NCBI GenBank assembly: GCA_963715255.1
Contig: CAVQRN010000002.1
Span: forward strand, 49,185-113,184
DNA length: 64,000 bases
Source: an uncultured Actinomycetota bacterium
GTDB lineage: Bacteria; Actinomycetota; Acidimicrobiia; Spongiisociales; UBA5794
Reading direction: 5' to 3'
Part shown: positions 47,995-56,785 of the stretch, piece after piece
Layout: the number at the start of each line of letters is the position of its first letter
Position numbering within the stretch: the first letter of the stretch is position 1
The notes under the pieces: model-generated
Told to the model about the DNA's origin: nothing
What the model saw: the letters and a program-made list of their open reading frames with translations, nothing else
The model's database searches: none
Position numbers and translations under genes: made by a program

Positions 47995-48873
47995 TCAGAG
48001 ATCGTCCGTTGTCTTCGGGCGATCATCCTTCAACAGTTTCGATAGGGCTCGATCGGCCAGGATCTTGCCGTCGGTCTGACATCCGGGGCAGTAGTTGGTC
48101 TCTCTCTTTCCGTGGACGATCCGCTGAACCGTCGCACCGCACGCCCGGCAGGGTTCTCCGAACTTGCCGTGCACCGCCATGTCCGGGTGGAAGGCTGTGA
48201 CTTTTGTCGGGAACCCATCACCGATCTCGCTCACCCGAATCTCCGTCCACCGGCTCAGCGTGTCACCCGTCGCGTTGAAGAGACGCTCGATCTCCTCTCG
48301 ATCGAGATTCGTGCTCATTTGTGTAGGCGAGAGTCGGCCGGCCCAGAGAATCTCATCGGCGAATGCTCCGCCTATCCCTGCGAAGAGTTGCGGGTTGGTG
48401 AGGGTCCGCTTGAGCGTGTGGCGCTCCCGGCCGAGGCGTTCGGCGAATTCGGCGACGTCGAGGTCGGCGATCTCCGCCCCGCCGGGATCGAGCAACCTGA
48501 GACCGCCGGTATCGACGAGGTGAATCGACGCGCGCCGCCTCGAGCCTGCTTCGGTGAGGAGCAGCGTTCCGTCGGCGAAGTCGAATGCGGCCAAACCGTT
48601 CCGACTCGGAATCGTCGCTCCTTGGGGAAGCCACTTCAGGCGACCGGCGATCATCAGGTGCACAACGAGGTGGAGACCGTCGTCGAGGTCCATCACGACC
48701 CGCTTCCCAAGGCGGCGGGCGTCGAGGACGATCCGATCTGCGGCGGCATCGATCGGCGGGTCGTAGGTCCGAAGCACCGAAACGCTCCGGACCCGTACGC
48801 CGAGCAGGGTCTCTCCCACGATCCGCGACCGGAGTGCGTGGAGATACGCCTCGATCTCAGGAAGTTCGGGCAT
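47995..48873 (-). CDS. Fpg/Nei family DNA glycosylase
   Basis: N-terminal MPELPEIE catalytic Pro/Glu, H2TH motif, C-terminal zinc finger CRACG...CPGCQ. Confidence 0.85.
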   Translation of the reverse strand: MPELPEIEAYLHALRSRIVGETLLGVRVRSVSVLRTYDPPIDAAADRIVLDARRLGKRVVMDLDDGLHLVVHLMIAGRLKWLPQGATIPSRNGLAAFDFADGTLLLTEAGSRRRASIHLVDTGGLRLLDPGGAEIADLDVAEFAERLGRERHTLKRTLTNPQLFAGIGGAFADEILWAGRLSPTQMSTNLDREEIERLFNATGDTLSRWTEIRVSEIGDGFPTKVTAFHPDMAVHGKFGEPCRACGATVQRIVHGKRETNYCPGCQTDGKILADRALSKLLKDDRPKTTDDL

Positions 48874-48939
48874 ACCGAAACAGTAGATCAGTAGCGCGAC
48901 ACAGGACGTCGGATCTTGGTCCTTGCCGCTGGCGTCTCG

Positions 48940-49881
48940 CTACTGCCTTCTGAACCAGTCGATGGTCTGGGCTAGACCGTCATCGAGATTCGTCCACGGT
49001 TCCCATCCCAGGATCTCCTGGGCCGCCTTCGGGTCAAGGGCCGATCGACGTTGCTCCCCGGCTCGTGGTGCGGCGTGGTTCGGCCGCACCGATGATCCAA
49101 CGATCCTGGCCATCTTGTCATAGAGGTCGACGACGGTGGTCTCCACCCCGGTCCCGATGTTCAGATAACGACCTCCGCCCTGAAGTGCCGCACGCCAGCA
49201 TGCATCGGTGACATCCTCGACGAAGACGTAGTCGCGGGTCTGGAGTCCATCGCCGTAGATGGTCGGCGTTCGCCCGGCCAGGAGGTCTCCGGAGAAGATG
49301 GCAACAACGCCGGCCTCTCCCGCCGGATCTTGGCCCGGCCCATAGACGTTGGCGAAGCCAAGAGAAACGTAGTCGAGGGCGGCGGTTCTCTTGAAGTAGT
49401 CCAGGTAGTCGTCGACGATCTTCTTCGATACGCCGTATGGCGAATCCGGCCTCCTGGTGACGGTCTCGCGTGTTGGGATCGAGGAGGTATCTCCGAACGT
49501 CGCTCCACCGGACGACGAGAACACGACTCGATCGACACCGGCATCTCGAGCGGCAAGCAGTACGTTGATCGTGCCGAGCACGTTGATTGATGCGTCCGTG
49601 ATCGGATCGGCAACTGACGCTCGCACATCGATCTGGGCGGCGAGATGGAAGACAACCTCGGGGGCGAAGCCGATGAACGCATCGCGCACTTCCGGCGCCC
49701 GGACGTCGATCTGATGGAAGTGGAGACGGCCACGTGCGCGAGCGTCTGCAAGACGCGAGAGCATTCCCGTCGAGAGATCGTCGACGACGAGCACCTCGGT
49801 ACCCTCGTCGATGAGGCGGTTCACCAAGTTCGAACCGATGAAGCCGGCTCCGCCGGTAACCACTGCCTTCGAGATGCCCAT
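48940..49881 (-). CDS. NAD-dependent epimerase/dehydratase (UDP-glucose 4-epimerase-like)
   Basis: TGGAGFIGSNL Rossmann motif. Catalytic S...YxxxK (YGVSKK). Confidence 0.8.
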   Translation of the reverse strand: MGISKAVVTGGAGFIGSNLVNRLIDEGTEVLVVDDLSTGMLSRLADARARGRLHFHQIDVRAPEVRDAFIGFAPEVVFHLAAQIDVRASVADPITDASINVLGTINVLLAARDAGVDRVVFSSSGGATFGDTSSIPTRETVTRRPDSPYGVSKKIVDDYLDYFKRTAALDYVSLGFANVYGPGQDPAGEAGVVAIFSGDLLAGRTPTIYGDGLQTRDYVFVEDVTDACWRAALQGGGRYLNIGTGVETTVVDLYDKMARIVGSSVRPNHAAPRAGEQRRSALDPKAAQEILGWEPWTNLDDGLAQTIDWFRRQ

Positions 49882-50591
49882 CAGTTCCTCCGATCGGTCG
49901 GGAGCGTAGCCCGGTCGTGGAGTCGTACCTCCCCGCTGTGTACGGCGATGACTCCATCAGATGTCTCCACGAGCAACGAACCTTCGTCGGAGACCGCAGC
50001 GGCGATTCCCGAACCGGTCGGGTATGAGACCGATCGGCCGATCGTGACACACGCTCTCCGGTACTCCTCGATCCCCCAGTCATCGGAGTGGCGCGCCATG
50101 CGGTCCAGGAATCGATCGGCCCACGCCGTAGCGAGCTCGGTGGTTACTCGGGGCCCAGGGTCGTTTTGGAATAGGGCATCGGCACCCGCGATCGGTGTCG
50201 CCCACAGCAGATTGATACCACAACCGACGACCACGGTCCCATCACCCGACTCGGCGAGCAACCCACCGACCTTCCCATCACCGGCCATGAGGTCGTTGGG
50301 CCAGCGCAGACCCACCGTGACGCCGCTGAGCGCGCCGATGGCCGACCGCGCCGCGAGTCCGGCTGCCAGCGGGATCAGACTCCAGGCCTCAACGGGCCAG
50401 GCCGGCTCGAAGGCGAGCGACGCGAAGATGGCGCGATCGGGTTCGAGCCAATCGCGACCCAGCCGGCCCCGCCCCGCGGTCTGGTGGTCGGCGATCACCA
50501 GGACCGGAATACGCCGGTCGTAACGGTCGCGAGCCTCATCCTGCGTAGATTCCACCGACTCGAGCTCAACAACTGCGTATCGTGTAGCCAA
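49881..50591 (-). CDS. birA: biotin--[acetyl-CoA-carboxylase] ligase
   Basis: GRGRLGRDW biotin-binding motif. Divergent from the acyl-CoA carboxylase beta gene. Confidence 0.8.
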   Translation of the reverse strand: MATRYAVVELESVESTQDEARDRYDRRIPVLVIADHQTAGRGRLGRDWLEPDRAIFASLAFEPAWPVEAWSLIPLAAGLAARSAIGALSGVTVGLRWPNDLMAGDGKVGGLLAESGDGTVVVGCGINLLWATPIAGADALFQNDPGPRVTTELATAWADRFLDRMARHSDDWGIEEYRRACVTIGRSVSYPTGSGIAAAVSDEGSLLVETSDGVIAVHSGEVRLHDRATLPTDRRN

Positions 50592-50634
50592 TCATCCACC
50601 TCGATGGTCAGATCTTGAGACTACCCGGAGAACC

Positions 50635-52185
50635 GTGAGCACCGAAGACCGCATCAACAAGCTACGAATCCTCCGCGAGAAGGCCATCACGCCAACGAAC
50701 CAGCGTGCGGTCGATCGTCAGCATGACCTCGGGAAACTCTGTGCACGCGAGCGCATCGACCTACTCCTCGACAAGGACTCGTTCCAGGAACTCGACATGT
50801 TCGTGCGACACCACGCGTCTGGCTTCGGCGTCGAAGACAATCGCCCTTCTGGTGATGCCGTCGTCACCGGTTACGGCAAAGTCGACGGACGCACCGTCTT
50901 TGTCTACGCGGAGGACTTCACCACGTACGGCGGGAGCCTCGGCGCGGCGGTCGCCGACAAGATCTGCAAGGTGATGGACCTCGCGATGGACAACGGAGCG
51001 CCGATCATCGCGATCAAGGACTCTGGTGGCGCCAGGATCCAGGAGGGTGTCGCGTCGTTGCATGGGTACGGACGGATCTTCGAGCGGAACGTTCGAGCCT
51101 CGGGGGTGATCCCCCAAATCTCGGCCATCATGGGACCGTGTGCGGGTGGCGCCGTCTACTCGCCGGCGATCACCGACTTCGTCTTCCAGGTTGAAGAAAC
51201 GGCCCATCTCTTCATCACCGGACCCGAGGTCATCAAGGCCGTAACCGGTGAAGACGTCACGATGGAGGAACTCGGAGGGGCCCACGCCCACACGACCCGG
51301 TCCGGTGTCACGCACTTCGTCGTTCCCGACGACCGGTCGGCGATGGAGGAGATCCGCTACCTGCTCTCGTTCCTGCCGCAGAACAACATGGAGGTCGCTC
51401 CGTTCTTCACCCCGCTCGACCGTCCCGATCGCATGGACGAACTGCTCACAACGATCATCCCGGACTCGCCGAACCAGCCCTACGACATGGTCGACGTCGT
51501 CGAGGCGATCGTTGACGATCGAGAGTTCTACCAGGTGCACGAGCACTTCGCTCCGAACCTGATCGTCGGATTCGCCCGACTCGATGGATACACCATCGGC
51601 GTCGTCGGGAACCAACCGGCGGTCCTCGCCGGAACACTCGACATCGACGCATCGTCCAAGGGGGCGAGGTTCGTCCGGTTCTGCGACGCGTTCAACATCC
51701 CGCTGGTGACGCTCGTCGACGTGCCCGGCTTCATGCCCGGCGTCGGCCAGGAACACGCAGGCATCATCCGCCACGGAGCCAAACTCCTCTATGCGTTCTC
51801 AGAGGCGACCGTGCCGCGAGTGACGGTGATTACACGCAAGGCCTACGGCGGAGCATTCCTCGTGATGAACGCCCGTGCGGTGCGCGCTGACATCGCCGTC
51901 GCATGGCCCACCGCGGAGATCGCCGTCATGGGGGCAAAGGGGGCCGTGAACATCATCCATCGCCGGGAGTTGCGCGAGGCTGATGATGCGGAAGTCGAGA
52001 GCCAGCGCCTGATCGACGACTACGAAGATCGCTTCAACAACCCGTATGTTGCGGCCGAAAGGGGCTACATCGATGATGTCATCGAGGCTCGCGAGACGAG
52101 GCCCCTTCTGATCCGCACCCTGGACATGCTTCGCAACAAGAGAGAAGCAACACCGCCGAGGAAACACGGCAACATCCCGCTGTAG
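50635..52185 (+). CDS. acyl-CoA carboxylase carboxyltransferase beta subunit (propionyl/acetyl-CoA)
   Basis: Two crotonase-like carboxyltransferase domains with typical AccD5/PccB motifs. Confidence 0.9.
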   Translation: MSTEDRINKLRILREKAITPTNQRAVDRQHDLGKLCARERIDLLLDKDSFQELDMFVRHHASGFGVEDNRPSGDAVVTGYGKVDGRTVFVYAEDFTTYGGSLGAAVADKICKVMDLAMDNGAPIIAIKDSGGARIQEGVASLHGYGRIFERNVRASGVIPQISAIMGPCAGGAVYSPAITDFVFQVEETAHLFITGPEVIKAVTGEDVTMEELGGAHAHTTRSGVTHFVVPDDRSAMEEIRYLLSFLPQNNMEVAPFFTPLDRPDRMDELLTTIIPDSPNQPYDMVDVVEAIVDDREFYQVHEHFAPNLIVGFARLDGYTIGVVGNQPAVLAGTLDIDASSKGARFVRFCDAFNIPLVTLVDVPGFMPGVGQEHAGIIRHGAKLLYAFSEATVPRVTVITRKAYGGAFLVMNARAVRADIAVAWPTAEIAVMGAKGAVNIIHRRELREADDAEVESQRLIDDYEDRFNNPYVAAERGYIDDVIEARETRPLLIRTLDMLRNKREATPPRKHGNIPL

Positions 52186-52240
52186 ACGCACCATCCGGAG
52201 AGATCAACGACGACGACGGCCACTCGGCCTCGTGCACCCA

Positions 52241-53036
52241 TCATGGTCGGCACGTCCAATGCACCCACGCCGAGTTTCCTGCATCGAGCGAATACTCGAC
52301 CAGCCATGCGGCCGCGGCGACATTGGCTTCGGGAGAGAACGGCGACTCTCCTTGGAACCCCGCTTCCTCCGAAGCACGGGACCATGTGCGATCGAGGAAT
52401 TGGAAGAGACCCGAGGCGCCGCTCCTCGAATTGTGGGCATCCGGGTCACCGTTCGACTCGCAGTCGATGATCAACAGCGCCTCCTCGATCCGCTCCGGAG
52501 GGAAATATCGTTCGACAAAGCTCCGCCACCGCTCGACCGGTCCGGCGACGGGAACTGCCTCCGCTGAGATCAAGGCATCCATCGCAGTCCTCTCGGCCTC
52601 GACCATGAGCTCCGTGGCAGCAATCGCTCGCCCGGTGAGGAAGCCCGCTTTCGCCAATGCCTGGTCAGACGCTGGATCAGTCGATCCGATGAGGTTCAAC
52701 ACCGTCTCGAGCAACGGGTCGATCTCAGGACTCACAAGGACTCCTGCTCGCTCGCCGGCTCCGGTAACGGCCACCACGAGGCCTGTGACCGCGTCCAGGA
52801 GGCGGTCTGCCTCGCTGTGATCGAGGTCGGCTCGCCGGGCGAGTAGATCGACAATCCCTCCTCGACGCGCGAGGTCTGCGCCGATCGAGGCGCTCTGGGA
52901 GATGTCGGACATCGTTTCGATCTGCCGAAGTGCATCCGGGAGGGGAACGGTCTCTGCGGCATACGCGTCTGCCGCCGGAAGCACGGCCAGGCCGAGCGCG
53001 ACGAACAACACTATGAAGAAGCGGGGATACCGCATG
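52241..53036 (-). CDS. secreted lytic transglycosylase (SLT-domain) protein
   Basis: Signal peptide MRYPRFFIVLFVALGLAVLPAADAYA. C-terminal SLT motifs ...ES..DP...SGASGLFQFLDRTW. Confidence 0.65.
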
Positions 53037-53332
53037 GGGAGACCCATGAGCAACTTCAGCCTATGAGCGCATCCCGGGTACCGCTGCCATTGGTAACCCT
53101 GCCTCGATGACCGGGGTCGAACCGGGGACGACTGAACCGTTCCCCTCTCCACCTTCGAAGGAGCACACCGAGTAATGCATGTCGCCGTTCTCGACGACCA
53201 GGCATCATCAGGCGCTGCGGCTGCGGCTCCGCCATTCGACACAAGGAGTGGCGAAACCTCATCCTTGCGCCTGACGCGACTGACCGCCGATCTCGGCAAC
53301 GGCATTGCTCGGCACACTCCTAGGATGCCGTC

Positions 53333-55078
53333 GTGAAATCCGTTCTCATCGCGAACCGGGGCGAGATCGCCGTCCGCGTGATTCGCGCCGCTCACGATCT
53401 CGGTCTCCGTGCGATCGCCATCTACTCCGAATTGGACAGAGACGCCGTCCACGTCGACCTTGCCGATGAGGCGTGGAACGTCGGTCCGGCCCCATCGTCC
53501 AAGTCCTACCTCAATGTCGATCGGATTCTGGAAATCGCCCGCGAGTCAAGGGCCGATGCCATCCACCCCGGATACGGATTCCTCGCAGAGAATGCGGCCT
53601 TCGCCAGAGCGGTCACCGACGCAGGTCTGACGTGGGTCGGCCCCCCACCCGAGGCGATCGCCACCATGGGCGACAAGATCGCGTCCCGCGTCGCTGCCGT
53701 CAAGGCCGGTGTGGCCGCGGTTCCAGGGACGACCGAGCCACTCACGGATGTCTCCCAGGTCAAGGCCTTCGCAGACGAGCATGGTCTGCCGATCGCCATC
53801 AAGGCAGCCCACGGAGGAGGAGGCAAGGGACTCAAGGTTGTTCGTGAGAGCGGTGACCTCGATTCCGCTTACGAAGGGGCCCGGCGCGAGGCCGAAGCGT
53901 GGTTTGCCAATCCCGAGGTCTACGTCGAACGCTACCTCGACACGCCACGCCACATCGAAGCCCAGGTGATGTTCGATACTCACGGCAACGGTGTGTTCCT
54001 TGGCGAACGAGACTGCTCCCTCCAACGACGCCACCAGAAACTCATCGAAGAGACCCCTGCTCCGGGATTCTCCGACGGGCAGCGGGCCGAGCTCGGGCGA
54101 GCTGCCCTTGCCGTTGCGCGTGCCGCCGGATACGTGAATGCCGGCACGGTCGAGTTCCTGCTCGACACGAACGGTGACCTGTTCTTCCTCGAGATGAATA
54201 CGAGGATCCAGGTTGAGCACACGATCACAGAAGAAACAACCGGTGTCGATCTCGTCGTGGAACAGTTGCGCGTCGCCGCCGGTGAGATCCTCTCGTTCGA
54301 TTCGGTCGAACGGACCGGTCACGCGATCGAATTCCGGATCAACGCAGAGGACCCGTCCAATGGCTTCCTCCCCACACCAGGCAAGCTCTCGGCATACCGT
54401 GAACCGGCAGGACCCGGGATCCGCGTCGACAGCGGCGTCCGTCAGGGTTCGCGTATCTCCCAGTACTACGACAACCTCATCGCCAAACTCGTCGTCCGCG
54501 GGCGGGATCGTGAAGAAGCGATCCGCAGATCGATCCGGGCGCTGACCGAGTTCAAGATCGAAGGCGTTGAGACGACGATCCCCGCACACCTGGAGATTCT
54601 CCGGGGTCCCGACTTCGCCGCGGGCAACATCCACACCCGTCTCGTGGAAGATTCGATGGACTTCAGCCGGCTCGGCACGAAGACCTCACCTGCGATGCCG
54701 GAAGACGAGGAACTCCAGGAGCGTGAGATCACCGTCGAGGTGAGCGGTCGACGTTTCGAGGTCAAGTACTGGTCGCAGGTCATCGCATCGACGGGGTCGG
54801 GACAGCGCCCCGCGCCGCGACGCAAGGCACCGAAGCTCAGCAAGGAGCAGTCGGCCGGTGCCGGCGAGGGCATCGTGACATCGCCGATGCAGGGCACGAT
54901 CGTGAAGGTTCACCACTCGGCCGGTGACACCGTACACGCCGGCGATCCGGTGTGCGTGCTGGAAGCGATGAAGATGGAGAATGAGATCAAAGCGCCGACC
55001 GACGGTGACATCGTGGATCTCCGAGTCCGGCCGGGCGACACGGTGAGCACGGGCGCGGTGCTGATGGTGATCAGGTAG
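53333..55078 (+). CDS. acyl-CoA carboxylase alpha subunit (biotin carboxylase plus biotin carboxyl carrier domain)
   Basis: ATP-grasp biotin carboxylase motifs. C-terminal biotinyl-Lys motif EAMKMEN. Confidence 0.9.
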   Translation: MKSVLIANRGEIAVRVIRAAHDLGLRAIAIYSELDRDAVHVDLADEAWNVGPAPSSKSYLNVDRILEIARESRADAIHPGYGFLAENAAFARAVTDAGLTWVGPPPEAIATMGDKIASRVAAVKAGVAAVPGTTEPLTDVSQVKAFADEHGLPIAIKAAHGGGGKGLKVVRESGDLDSAYEGARREAEAWFANPEVYVERYLDTPRHIEAQVMFDTHGNGVFLGERDCSLQRRHQKLIEETPAPGFSDGQRAELGRAALAVARAAGYVNAGTVEFLLDTNGDLFFLEMNTRIQVEHTITEETTGVDLVVEQLRVAAGEILSFDSVERTGHAIEFRINAEDPSNGFLPTPGKLSAYREPAGPGIRVDSGVRQGSRISQYYDNLIAKLVVRGRDREEAIRRSIRALTEFKIEGVETTIPAHLEILRGPDFAAGNIHTRLVEDSMDFSRLGTKTSPAMPEDEELQEREITVEVSGRRFEVKYWSQVIASTGSGQRPAPRRKAPKLSKEQSAGAGEGIVTSPMQGTIVKVHHSAGDTVHAGDPVCVLEAMKMENEIKAPTDGDIVDLRVRPGDTVSTGAVLMVIR

Positions 55079-55122
55079 CCGAGTAGCCGAGTAGCCGAGC
55101 AGCTGAGCAGCTGAGCAGCTGG
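55079..55122. repeat. octamer repeat array (GTAGCCGA x3, GCAGCTGA x3) filling the whole 47-bp gap between convergent genes
   Basis: The first unit contains the TAG stop of the carboxylase alpha gene. Confidence 0.75.
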
Positions 55123-55125
55123 GTG

Positions 55126-56682
55126 TTAGGCGCTGGGGCGGTATCTGCCGAAGACTTCCACGAGTGCGTTTGAGACCTCGCCAACCGTCGCACCCAGCCG
55201 CAGCGCCTCGCGCATTGGTGGGAGCAAGTTCGTGTCACCGGCAGCAACCGTCCGGACCGTCTGCAGAGCGGCGTCAACTGCCGCGGCGTCACGCTCCGCC
55301 CGCAGTCGGTGCAATCGCCCGACTTGTTCGGCCTCGATTCTGGGATCGACCCGTAGCACATCGTGGCCGCCGGTCTCGTCGATCTGGAATCGATTGACGC
55401 CCACGATCACGACATCACCGGACCCCACCGCCCGGGCGTATTCATATGCCGCGTTCTCGATCTCACGTTGCTGGAATCCCGATTCGATCCCGGCAACGGC
55501 TCCACCCAGGCTGTCGATCCGTCCGATGAGATCCATGGCCTCGGCCTCGAGACGATCGGTCAGCGACTCAACAAAGTACGACCCGGCGAGTGGGTCGACC
55601 ACCGAGGCGACGCCGGACTCGTGGCCGAGGATCTGCTGCGTCCTGAGCGCAATCATCACGGCTTCTTCGGTCGGGAGCCCCAACGCCTCGTCATACGAAT
55701 TCGTGTGCAGCGATTGGGTTCCTCCGAGGACCGCTGCGAGCGCCTGGTACGCCGTTCGGACCACGTTGTTGAGGGGCTGCTGTGCGGTCAACGTGGACCC
55801 GGCGGTCTGTGTATGGAACCTCATCATCCACGACGATGGAGAGGTGGCACCGACCCGGTCCTTCATGAGCCGGGCCCACATCCGACGGGCTGCCCGAAAC
55901 TTCGCCGCTTCCTCGAAGAGATCGTTGTGGGAATTCCAGAAGAACGACAATCGCGGAGCGAAGACGTCGACGTCGAGGCCGGCCCGCATCGCCGCTTCGA
56001 CGTACGCGAGTCCGTTCGCGATCGTGAACGCGATCTCCTGAGCGGCGGTCGATCCTGCTTCGCGGATGTGATATCCGCTGATCGAGATCGTGTTCCAATT
56101 CGGAAGCTCCTCCGCGCAGTACGAGAACACGTCGGTGACCAGCCGCATCGAAGGCGCCGTCGGATAGATGTACGTACCGCGAGCGATGTACTCCTTCAGG
56201 ATGTCGTTCTGGATCGTTCCGCGCACACGATCGGGTGCAACCCCCTGCTCTTCGGCAACGAGTTGATAGAGCAACAGGAGAATCGGCGCCGTCGAATTGA
56301 TCGTCATCGAGGTGGTGATGTCGCCGAGGGGGATCCGATCGAACAGCGCCCGCATGTCAACGATCGAGTCGATCGCGACCCCAACCTTGCCGACCTCTCC
56401 TGCGGCCATCTCATCGTCAGAATCGAGCCCCATCTGCGTGGGGAGATCAAACGCAACCGAGAGTCCAGTCTGCCCCGCTTGGAGGAGTCTCCTGAATCGT
56501 TCGTTGGTCGACCTCGCGTCGCCGAAGCCGGCGTACTGGCGCATGGTCCACAAGCGCCGTGTGTACATCGACGGATAGGGGCCGCGGGTGTACGGGTAGG
56601 ACCCGGGGGATCCGAGCTCCTCGTCGGGATCCCAGTCGCGCACATCGTCCGGGCCGTACTGTGTTTGGTTGGAGTCGTTCAT
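55126..56682 (-). CDS. methylmalonyl-CoA mutase family catalytic (TIM-barrel) subunit, without a B12-binding domain
   Basis: 518 aa matching the substrate-binding barrel of MCM/ICM-type mutases ([20 protein letters not shown]...). No C-terminal cobalamin domain in this ORF. Confidence 0.85.
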   Translation of the reverse strand: MNDSNQTQYGPDDVRDWDPDEELGSPGSYPYTRGPYPSMYTRRLWTMRQYAGFGDARSTNERFRRLLQAGQTGLSVAFDLPTQMGLDSDDEMAAGEVGKVGVAIDSIVDMRALFDRIPLGDITTSMTINSTAPILLLLYQLVAEEQGVAPDRVRGTIQNDILKEYIARGTYIYPTAPSMRLVTDVFSYCAEELPNWNTISISGYHIREAGSTAAQEIAFTIANGLAYVEAAMRAGLDVDVFAPRLSFFWNSHNDLFEEAAKFRAARRMWARLMKDRVGATSPSSWMMRFHTQTAGSTLTAQQPLNNVVRTAYQALAAVLGGTQSLHTNSYDEALGLPTEEAVMIALRTQQILGHESGVASVVDPLAGSYFVESLTDRLEAEAMDLIGRIDSLGGAVAGIESGFQQREIENAAYEYARAVGSGDVVIVGVNRFQIDETGGHDVLRVDPRIEAEQVGRLHRLRAERDAAAVDAALQTVRTVAAGDTNLLPPMREALRLGATVGEVSNALVEVFGRYRPSA

Positions 56683-56785
56683 GGGTGTGGGGGTCCGGGG
56701 TCTATCGAGGCGCTGTTCCTATGCTTTTGACAGGTTCGATGCTACCTGCGGGAACTCGATCGCAAACGGAAGCGTGGAGTACACG

